From: Vairimorpha necatrix
Lineage: Eukaryota
Length of the DNA stretch: 64,000 nt
Reading direction: 5' to 3'
NCBI GenBank assembly: GCA_036630325.1
Contig: CP142732.1
Location: 1-64,000, forward strand
Part shown: in pieces, positions 54,174-63,341 of the stretch
Layout: every line of letters begins with the position of its first letter
Numbering within the stretch: position 1 is the stretch's first letter
Program-made: the position numbers and the translations under genes
The notes under the pieces: model-generated
What the model was told of the DNA's origin: nothing
Databases searched by the model: none
What the model saw: the letters and a program-made list of their open reading frames with translations, nothing else

Positions 54174-55125
54174 CCACAAGAATTGTAATTTTACTTTTTA
54201 CTATAATTATAATAGAAGCTCTTCCGCTACATTAGCTTTACCCAAATTTAGCTATATAATCTATTGATTGATAAACATAAGGATCACCGGTCATATATTT
54301 CTAGTCCGTAGAAAATAATGATTTTAATGATCGCATTTATACCTAATTATTGTTTAATCAAACATAAGTATGATTATTACATAATCATTGAGAAGAATGT
54401 ATGCGAAAACTTCTATAGATATAAGGTTACCATTATCTGAATAAATGTATCAATTATTAAAAGGGATATTAGAATTAAGATTAAAATTATGAATATTAGA
54501 TTATTTGGAAACAGTTTTAAGTAGAATAAAGGTGTAATTTTAGACATTTCGAGTATTTAAATAATCCTACTTGCTAATATTATTTATTGAGCATCAGTCT
54601 GATGAATTGTGTGATATGTGTAAACAGGAATATTTTGATGATGATTATTCTAGTTTTTTTATTTATGATTATGAGAATTTAAATAGATAATTTATTAAAA
54701 CTTTTAGAATGTTTAAGATTTTATATGTCCCTTCTATATACTGATATAAAAAATGTGAAAATTAAAAACGTTATCATATTTAGTGTTATAACACTATACG
54801 ATTAACAATGAATATTTTTAATTAAGAAGTATTTATAAATATTCCTAATTCTCAATTTGCTTTTAATTTAAAACAGATGTATAAGGATAAATTCTAGAAA
54901 TATCGAAAACAAAATATTAAACAAAAAAGTATTTTTTATATATATTAGAAATTGTTATTAATGAGGTTTCTATATAAAAGAATACAAGAAATATTAGTTC
55001 AAAATGTTGAGTCCTTTTTACTTTTTTTTGATCTACTACTGATTTACGAGTATATATTATACGATCAGATATAAAATATTTTCTCTAATAGAAAAATACT
55101 AACATAACAATCAGATATATATAAA

Positions 55126-55172
<47 letters not shown>

Positions 55173-55399
55173 TTCGTTTTAGTTAAAGTGGTCTAATCAT
55201 CTCCTGAACAGGTTTGCCAATATTATCTTATATTAAATGTAAGCTTTTAAAACTATCCTTTATTAAATTTAATTTTGATCTCGTAAAATCATGAGATATC
55301 TTAAGTTCAAGTGTTATAACTAATTTTATAATATCCTATATTTGGTCGCAAAATTCTATGTTATACTACCATAAGATATCGTTAGAATATTAATATATA

Positions 55400-55612
55400 A
55401 TTTATTTGGGTATAATATTCGGCTTATTAATTATTTTTTACAAGATACGCTTACAGTCTCATCTGGCAGTTCCAGGACTTCCTTCTGAGATTCACTCATT
55501 GGGCTCTCGAAACCCCCTTCCTGATCTGTATCAAGCCCATGTCTGGCTGACATAGTTAGGCTTTCTAAAGTCATTTTAAGGACTCTTGACTGTATATATG
55601 CTTCCGTGTTTA
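55400..55612 (-). mobile_element. 3' fragment of RLE-type LINE (family 3)
   Basis: TEAYIQSRVLKMTLESL resembles LEAYIQSIVMKKTLESI; AATAAA on the minus strand near 55405. Confidence 0.8.
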
Positions 55613-56258
55613 TATACATACTGTTAATTTTTAGATTATTTTTTTAATCAGTTCAAAAAATTATTAAAAAACATCTTCTTTTTTTCAAAAATAACACAAT
55701 TCAATTTAGTTATAAGAAAACGAGAGAGCATGAGTTAAAGAACAAAAATATGCTATAAAAAAGAACTAGTAATTTTATTTAAATTTTTTTACGACTAAAC
55801 TTTCTTATTAGTTTTTTTATCACAATGTTTAATTAAAGTTTTTTTCACATGTAACTCCTCCCATCTATGCTGTGTTATACCTTCCAAGCGCTTTTTGATT
55901 TGAAGTTTTGTTTTGGATATCACGTGTTTAATTAAATCAATATTCATTTCAGATTAAAAATCTGATGTCCACAAAGTATAAAAATAGAACTTGTACTGGT
56001 AAATAAGAGTGAAAATAAAATATTGTGACATTGATATTCTTAATTTGTTACTTTTTTTTGGCTTTTCAAATTTTCAAAACATTAATTAAAATTTTAATTT
56101 TTCTTTTTTTCAAAAAAAATAAATTAAAAATTCATAATCAAAAATGGTAAATTAAAAAAATAAAAAATGTATTAAAAGCTTATACATAGATCATAAACAT
56201 CTTTTAATATTTTTGTAGAAGTTTTATAAAATATCGAAGATTTTTTATTTATTTTTTT

Positions 56259-56291
56259 GTATATAAATAAATTTTTTCTTTACCCCCCATT
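56259..56291 (+). promoter_or_regulatory. Microsporidian-type core promoter (TATA-like element plus CCC motif)
   Basis: gtatataaataaattttttctttaccccccatt immediately precedes the ATG. Confidence 0.7.
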
Positions 56292-57938
56292 ATGTTCATC
56301 TTACATGTCTTCTATATGTTTGTTTCTACACAAGCAATTTATAGATCTCTATGTAATAAAACCACGAAAGGGGTCAATCAAAAAATCGACGGAGGAGATT
56401 ATCGAATGCTAGATACTACTAAAAATTATGGTTATGCAGACTTATGGCATTATGAAAATAAGATAATAAGTTTTTCTTTTAAAATATTAAACTTTGAGGA
56501 AATAGTACCATCAGTAGAAATTGGATTTATAAATATTAATTGTGAGGGAAAATCTTTAGATATTATTCTTAATGAATATGAAAGAAAATTGATAGAAATT
56601 ATGAACAAATATAAATTATATAAGGTCTTTTTAAACTATATAGCCACTGATTTAAACGAATGCATATATTCTAATGAAAATATCATTATTAAGGACATTA
56701 TAGAAGGAATCAGAAAAATAAATGATAACCAAAATAATACAAATAACGAAAACAAATTTTTGCATCAAAAAACTATTCAAGCTTATATTAATGAGGAAAA
56801 ATCTATGATTCATATGATCGAAGAAGCTCCCTTAAAAACAAAATACTACAGATGTATAGCTAATTCATATGTTTCACCTAGGTATGATTCGAATGACGAC
56901 ATCATATGTATCAGTGTTCTAGTTTATATAGAAGAGGCTTACTTTTACTTCGAATTTTCCAAAGTCGAAATGCTGGACATAGTAAAACAATGTCTAAAAG
57001 AAAAGAACGACATTTCTTCCAAGTGTTTCGATTTATACAAAGATGCTTTTTTTTCTTCAGCTTTTTCTAATAAAAGTGTGAGATTTTTCACAGAAAAGAG
57101 GGGGAAAGTTCCGAATACTCTACGTCAGAATGAAAATTGCAAAATAATAAAATTATTAAGAGATGAGCTAGGTTTATTGAAGTGTCCTCAGAATAATAAC
57201 ACTACAATTAATCCAGTGCAAGAAAATAATTTGGAAAGCAGGAAATATGCAGAAAAAATGCAAGTTTTAATATCAAAAACAGAACACGCGGTCATCGATG
57301 CGTTTAATATTCTATTGAAAGAAAAAGAAATTGGGTTTCTCGTCAAAAGAATTTTGGATAGATCAAGAGGTCGGTTGAATATATTTTTCGGACATATATT
57401 AGTTTTCGATGAATTAATAGGCACAGAGGATTTAGAATGCCTAATCGAAAATAAAGGGAATCTTAACAGGAAAGCAATCATATCAAAGATATTTAACAGT
57501 AATAGGGACCAATATAGATATATTAAGGTATTTTTATTCGTTGAAGCAGAAACTTACATTAACAACGATGACGATGACGCCGCTGAAGGATCTTTTAAAA
57601 CTTTGAAAGAAATTGGAAATATTATGAAAGATAATCTCAGAAACGAAGATGCAAATGAGCAAAGTTCTCAATATTTGAATTTAGTTGATATAATGAATGA
57701 AGTAATTGTAAAACAAAGTGAAAACTTTGAAGTTTTTAGAATACTAAATATGACCAATTTTATTAAATTATTAGTCAATTCAAGTTTCAACGAAGACACA
57801 TTTTATACATATGAACGATATGGAGTAGATAAAAATGAATTCATAGAAATTTTTAAACTAGATCCAAGGAAAGTAGAAAAGGATATCAATACGATTGAAG
57901 AAAAACTAGCAGAAATTGCTGAAGAAACAAGAAAATAA
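56292..57938 (+). CDS. Hypothetical 548-aa protein, probably secreted
   Basis: Long intact ORF; CCC motif upstream; hydrophobic N-terminus MFILHVFYMFVSTQA; AATAAA overlaps the stop. No domain recognised. Confidence 0.85.
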   Translation: MFILHVFYMFVSTQAIYRSLCNKTTKGVNQKIDGGDYRMLDTTKNYGYADLWHYENKIISFSFKILNFEEIVPSVEIGFININCEGKSLDIILNEYERKLIEIMNKYKLYKVFLNYIATDLNECIYSNENIIIKDIIEGIRKINDNQNNTNNENKFLHQKTIQAYINEEKSMIHMIEEAPLKTKYYRCIANSYVSPRYDSNDDIICISVLVYIEEAYFYFEFSKVEMLDIVKQCLKEKNDISSKCFDLYKDAFFSSAFSNKSVRFFTEKRGKVPNTLRQNENCKIIKLLRDELGLLKCPQNNNTTINPVQENNLESRKYAEKMQVLISKTEHAVIDAFNILLKEKEIGFLVKRILDRSRGRLNIFFGHILVFDELIGTEDLECLIENKGNLNRKAIISKIFNSNRDQYRYIKVFLFVEAETYINNDDDDAAEGSFKTLKEIGNIMKDNLRNEDANEQSSQYLNLVDIMNEVIVKQSENFEVFRILNMTNFIKLLVNSSFNEDTFYTYERYGVDKNEFIEIFKLDPRKVEKDINTIEEKLAEIAEETRK

Positions 57939-58293
57939 AAATGTTTTCTAGCTAAACTTTATTTTAATTTGATTTAATTTTTATTTTATATGTTGTTAAA
58001 TCGTTTATTAATATTTTCCATCCCCTCTTTCCAGCATGAATTTATATATTTTAATTGGCCAATCATCATGCGACAATTGTATCATATTTTGTGGCCCCTG
58101 TACTGGCCACGACACTATAAATATCTACATTCAAAATTTTTCATTTTTTCTTATGATTAACAGAATAACATAGAATTTATTGGTCCTGCATGTCTTAAAC
58201 ATCATAAATCATTAAATTGCATATCTTTACAGTCAAAATCATGATACAAATAAACTTAAGACAAATTCTCAAATTCTAACCCGCGATAATAAT

Positions 58294-58992
58294 TGTCACA
58301 GTTCGGAGCGGACGCCAGGGGTAAAAAATTAAAAAAAATCTCTTCAGTGAGGATCGAACCAAAAAATAAGAACAAATAAATGTTCGTCTTAAATGATAAA
58401 CAAAGTTTTGTCTCGATTTTTTTACGGGTAAATTTTTGCTTTTTTTTTTAATAATGGGAGGGAATATTGAAAAAAAGGAGAAAAATAAAATAAACAAAAT
58501 TTTTAGTACTTTATTCATTACCAAGCAACCTTAGATCTCTAGTACTTATTTCTTCATTATAATATCATTATCACTTCTTTGCATAATTTTACTTTATTAA
58601 ATTGTATTATGTCTATTACAATACCAGTCTGTAAAAAGACAAAAACTTCTTGTCTTTCATTGTTATTCAATTTTATTTTCATGCCCTTAAAATTAAAGAA
58701 ATTTTAAATACAAATTACAAATAAACATCAATTTTTTTTAAATTTTTTACCCTTCTCAAGTAAGCATTTTCCCTTGCGTCCGCTCCGAACGGGTATTTTT
58801 TTTTTTATTTTTTACCCTTTTCAACTAAGCATTTTCCCTGGCGTCCGCTCCGAACGGGTATTTTTTTTTTAAATTTTTACCCTTTTCAACTAAGCATTTT
58901 CCCTGGCGGTCGCTCCGAGCGGGTAATTTTTTTTTAAATTTTTACCCTTTTCAACTAAGCATTTTCCCTGGCGGTCGCTCCGAACAGTGACA
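58294..58992. mobile_element. Non-autonomous TIR element with TGT...ACA ends and 5-bp TSD (Ginger-like)
   Basis: TIR tgtcacagttcggagcggacgccaggg / ccctggcggtcgctccgaacagtgaca; TSD ataat at 58289-58293 and 58993-58997; no transposase ORF. Confidence 0.85.
58741..58985. repeat. Four 65-bp subterminal tandem repeats containing the TIR core
   Basis: tacccttttcaactaagcattttccctggcgtccgctccgaac at 58748, 58813, 58878 and 58943. Confidence 0.92.
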
Positions 58993-59279
58993 ATAATTTA
59001 TTAGCATAGATCATAAAATGCTTCTCTTTTAAATTAGTGTGGTATTTCTCAGCGGGACCTTCCCCGTACTGAGAAAACTCTCTACTATATTTGTTATAGT
59101 GTTTTGATTATATTTAATATAATTTTTACTGTGGTTAATATATTTATTGTTATCATGGTTCTTGTTCATTCTCTCTGAAATACTTGCCCCTAAACAAATT
59201 ATTTTTATTTATACAAAAAATAATTCTAGAAAATTCGTTGAGATTTTTGACATCTCAACAATTCAAAAATCCCATGTGG

Positions 59280-60233
59280 TTAATACCACATACTACCCTC
59301 TCTAACCAACTTAACATTTTTGACGTGAGTCCATCCATAATCATCTGATAGTTTGATCCAAAATCCCTTTGCTCCAACTTTAATCACTTTTTGTATTTGC
59401 GGTTTAAATGGGGGTTCTAATTTTCGGGCTCTAAAATTTCGCTTATAAACCAAGTCTCCAACATTAATTTTTTTCTTAAATTTTTTCTTTTCATATATTA
59501 TTTTTCTTGGTTCATATATTCCTAGGACGTCATAGAAATCATATCCTTTGGCTAAGGCTACTGGAGAAGCTTTTATTGTCCTGTTATAATTGACATTAAT
59601 ATTATTCTCAGTTTTATTCACTACTTGTTTTAAACTCTTTCCTTTGTTTATAGTTAGCGAAAACGATATGTATTTATTTAATCTTTCTGAAATGCCGTTT
59701 GATGATGGCGTGTATTCAGGTACTAATATTTGCTTTATTTTTTTATTTATAAGGTAGTTTCTTAATTCTTGGTTGTCGTACTGTTTGCCATTATCGGATA
59801 TAATGTACTTTGGGCTTTCAAATCTTTCAATCCATTCATCAATAGCTCCAATGACTTTCCTCGCATTAACTTTTTCAAACACGTATAAATTCGTAAATCT
59901 CGTACATACGTCTGTTATGGACAGTATGTATCCTGTCTCTCCTAAAAAATCCGACTTATAATCTTTAACATTAAATGGACCATATATGTCCGTTGAAATT
60001 CGTTCAAATGCTTTCCTACTTTCGATGTTATTATTTTTGTCTATTTTATAATTTTTTATCTTTACTCTAGTACATGTTGTGCAATTTTTAACAACTTCAT
60101 GTATTTTCTTAACAATATTTTTTATATATAAATAGTTCTTTATATTATAATACATACAGGTAATTCCTCTATGTCCTCCCAACTCATGTATTGTTTTTAA
60201 AAGTTCAACAGATTTGTTATCGTCTATAATCAT
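59280..60233 (-). CDS. Integrase (frameshifted relative to RT/RH), ending inside the 3' LTR
   Basis: HELGGH...CTTC; STDIYGP, ISDNGKQY and NGISERLN (DDE triad). Confidence 0.95.
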   Translation of the reverse strand: MIIDDNKSVELLKTIHELGGHRGITCMYYNIKNYLYIKNIVKKIHEVVKNCTTCTRVKIKNYKIDKNNNIESRKAFERISTDIYGPFNVKDYKSDFLGETGYILSITDVCTRFTNLYVFEKVNARKVIGAIDEWIERFESPKYIISDNGKQYDNQELRNYLINKKIKQILVPEYTPSSNGISERLNKYISFSLTINKGKSLKQVVNKTENNINVNYNRTIKASPVALAKGYDFYDVLGIYEPRKIIYEKKKFKKKINVGDLVYKRNFRARKLEPPFKPQIQKVIKVGAKGFWIKLSDDYGWTHVKNVKLVREGSMWY

Positions 60234-62200
60234 CTTTCCTTTGTTGTCAAATTGTATTTTATTGTCAACTTTAAGACTAGCATTATAACTTCTTGCTCAT
60301 AATATTTTCTATTTTCATCTATACTTGAATATAAACATCTGGATAAAACATCTGCAACGACATTTTTTTTACCTTTTATGTGGTATATTTTATAATTGTA
60401 TTCGTTCATTAGCAGTTTCCATCTGTTTATTCTAGATGCAGAACTCTTGTTATCAAATGTACAGTTATGACTATCGGTGTGAATTTCTACGTAAGTCCCT
60501 TGTATTATTTTCTTAAAATGAATCATGGACAGCAGCATAGCAAGATATTCCTTTTCCACTATGCTATAGTTCAATTCTGCGCCATGAAGTTTCTTCGAGT
60601 AATAACTTATAACTCTATCTTCCTGCCTCAACACACTTCCAATTCCTGTGTCAGAAGCATCTGTCTCTAATATAAACTTTTTTTTATAATCAGGGTATTC
60701 AATTTTTGCATTTGTTTTAATCTCATTTTTTATCTTTTCAATTGTTTCTTTCATTTGTGTTGAGAAAACAATTTTTTTATCGTTTTTTAATAAGTTGGTA
60801 ATATCATTTACTCTTGTAGACAAGTTTGGAATAAATCTGCGATACCAATTTATTACTCCTATCAACTTTTGAATATCTCTTTTAGTTCTTATTTCTTGAC
60901 TGAAAATTTTATTGTTTAGACAATTAGTATTAGGAAATATTCCCTTTTCGTTTACCTTAAATCCAAGTACGTCTATTTCTTGGACAAAAAACTTAGACTT
61001 TTCAAAATTTATTTTGACTTCACTTTTTTGTAATGTTTTCAATGTTCTAAGTAGTAATTTTTGATGCTCTTCTTTTGTATTGCTAAATATAACAATATCA
61101 TCAATGTATACGAATAAATTTGGTATCTCCGAAAGTATGGTCGAAATATAACGTTGAAATAGTTTAGGTCCGGGCTTAATACCGAAGGGAACTCTTTTGT
61201 ACTCATATTGCTGTCCTAGTAACATAAAAGCGGTGTATTTTTGACTTGTTTCTTCAATTTTTATTTGGTTGAAGCCGTTTTGTAAGTCCAGCTGCGAAAA
61301 ATATTGATTTTTCCCCATTTCTAATAAACAGTCATCTATTTTAGGCAACACCCAAGGATCATCTTCCAACATTTCATTTATCTTTTTATAATCTACAACT
61401 AGTCGTAAGTCATTATTTTTCTTTTTTATAAAGAATGCCGGACTAGTAAATAACGAATTACTTTTCTCGATTATACCTTCTCTAAGTAATCTGTTCATTT
61501 CTTCACGACCTTGTTGTACATATTTAACAGGTACTGGGTATCCTTTAGACTGGATAACTTTAATATTATTCTTAATGAAAAATTTTGCACATGGTGCTTT
61601 TATACCTGAGAATTTACAATTTTGGGTCATGTAAAACTTTAAGACTTTATTTAACTCCGGATAATCCTGAATAATTGACAAACAAACCTTTTCACTAAGT
61701 TGATCATTTAATAGCTCTTCTGTAGTTCTTTCACTTCCCTTCATTGCTACTATGTTATCCTCATTAATACTAACTATTCTTTTTTTATAATTGATCATAC
61801 AACTATTATTCACTAAAAATTCATTACCTAAAATAAAAGGTACGGGTAATTCTTGAAGAACATAAAAATCTACTAAAAATTGCCTTTTTGCAATTTTAAC
61901 ATCTAGTGTAATTTTCTTTTTGCTAGTTTCGTTTTTTCCTCCCCCAAATTTTAATAGTATGGGTTTAGTTTCTTCAACTGTTAATTTATATTTATTAACG
62001 CTTTCTTCATTGACGTAATTGTAATTCGAACCAGTGTCAATAATTAAATTGATTTTGTTGTTCTCGAACTCTCCTTCAATCTCAATATTCTCTAGGGTTT
62101 TACATTTTTCTTCATTAATAATTAGATTCCTTGTTTCATTATATGTTTGTTTACTATTATCCTCTCTGTTATTTTTAATATTTTGTTTTTGATTTAAAAA
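60230..62200 (-). CDS. pol: pol: aspartic protease, reverse transcriptase, RNase H
   Basis: IIDTGS at ~62044-62027 and ILGNEFL are in frame with ORF 60230-61813; LRLVVDY, YIDD, ETDASD and ADVLSR motifs. Confidence 0.95.
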   Translation of the reverse strand, partial: FLNQKQNIKNNREDNSKQTYNETRNLIINEEKCKTLENIEIEGEFENNKINLIIDTGSNYNYVNEESVNKYKLTVEETKPILLKFGGGKNETSKKKITLDVKIAKRQFLVDFYVLQELPVPFILGNEFLVNNSCMINYKKRIVSINEDNIVAMKGSERTTEELLNDQLSEKVCLSIIQDYPELNKVLKFYMTQNCKFSGIKAPCAKFFIKNNIKVIQSKGYPVPVKYVQQGREEMNRLLREGIIEKSNSLFTSPAFFIKKKNNDLRLVVDYKKINEMLEDDPWVLPKIDDCLLEMGKNQYFSQLDLQNGFNQIKIEETSQKYTAFMLLGQQYEYKRVPFGIKPGPKLFQRYISTILSEIPNLFVYIDDIVIFSNTKEEHQKLLLRTLKTLQKSEVKINFEKSKFFVQEIDVLGFKVNEKGIFPNTNCLNNKIFSQEIRTKRDIQKLIGVINWYRRFIPNLSTRVNDITNLLKNDKKIVFSTQMKETIEKIKNEIKTNAKIEYPDYKKKFILETDASDTGIGSVLRQEDRVISYYSKKLHGAELNYSIVEKEYLAMLLSMIHFKKIIQGTYVEIHTDSHNCTFDNKSSASRINRWKLLMNEYNYKIYHIKGKKNVVADVLSRCLYSSIDENRKYYEQEVIMLVLKLTIKYNLTTKER

Positions 62201-63064
62201 ACATTCTCGAGTGTTGTGTGATCGAGATTTATGTATCGAACACCACTTGTTATGATTGATATTTCCTTGAATATATACCTTATTGTGATTACCTTCTCTC
62301 GGTTTTTCATAAATTTTTAAATTCTTAATCTCGGTTTGGATTACGATTCCTTCTTTCTAATTTTTTTAAATATCCTATAATATTTTGTAAAGGTTCTCCT
62401 TCCAAATTCTGTTTCAGCAATTCTAAGCTAGTAAATTGCCCTAATCCATTTTCGAAGATCTCGTTCATTTTTCTTTCCCTTTCTTTACTGCTGTAATTGT
62501 TAACGTTACTTAAAATGGTAATCTTTTGATCAATTTCATTGTAATATTCTTCAATGGTTACAAAATTTTCTTGTTTGATGTTTCCAATCTTTTACATAAT
62601 AATTTTATTTCATATTTCGGGTAGATAATTTCAATTAATTCCTTTCTTAATTTTATATAGCTTTCATCGGATAAATTATGTTTCATATCATCGTCAAGTA
62701 AACTTTTATATACTAAGGCCATTTGTTGGTCTGTCCAACTATTGCTTTTTGCAATTTTTTCGAATTCTTCCAAATGCTGAAAGTTACATTCCTTTTTTAT
62801 ATTTTTTATTTTGTAAATTTTTTCCTTAATGTTTACATTAGTGCCTTTAATCGTATATTCAAATGTACAATATCTTTCTTGATGTATCTCATATGTAGAT
62901 TGTTTCTCCTGAGATTTTCTTATTGAATTCAATGTGGTATTTCTCAGCGGGACCTTCCCCGTACTGAGAAAACTCTCTACTATATTTGTTATAGTGTTTT
63001 GATTATGTTTAATATAATTTTTACTGTGGTTAATATATTTATTGTTATCATGGTTCTTGTTCAT
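62200..63064 (-). pseudogene. gag: gag of family-2 Gypsy; starts inside the 5' LTR, two frameshifts, CHHC knuckle
   Basis: ORF 62558-63064 plus continuations in other frames; WCSIHKSRSHNTREC at ~62246-62201. Confidence 0.85.
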
Positions 63065-63341
63065 TCTCTCTGAAATACTTGCCCCTAAACAAATTATTTT
63101 TATTTATACAAAAAATAATTCTAGAAAATTCGTTGAGATTTTTGACATCTCAACAATTCAAAAATCCCATGTGGTTAATACCACAATTAGTTTCATTTTA
63201 AAAAAAAATTTCCCTCTGTGGTTAATACTCAATCCTCTTAAGATGAATTAAGTCTCTTTGTGACCTCCCGTAGTTATAAGTGTTATTGTTCTTCACATTA
63301 ATCTTTTATGTGGGTATATAAAAAAAGAAAAATCGGTATAT

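Larger units (their letters stand above)
32807..55395. repeat. Subtelomeric segmental duplication, copy B (proximal)
   Basis: Colinear with 2857-23605; has private insertions at 42488-44465 and 52560-53633 and lacks Merlin 1. Confidence 0.95.
59038..63185 (-). mobile_element. Full-length young Ty3/Gypsy LTR retrotransposon (family 2), 4148 bp
   Basis: 253-bp LTRs at 59038-59290 and 62933-63185 (one mismatch seen); TSD attag at 59033-59037 and 63186-63190; PPT tagagagggtagta; domain order gag-PR-RT-RH-IN. Confidence 0.97.

Noticed and set aside
57991-58130. Solo LTR or Helitron end (CCAAT, gtggcc/ggccac hairpin, TATAAA)
   Set aside because: No second boundary, TSD or CTRR terminus could be identified.
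58741-58985. CRISPR-like array
   Set aside because: The intervening sequences are near-identical poly-T linkers, not unique spacers; no cas genes; eukaryotic TE context.
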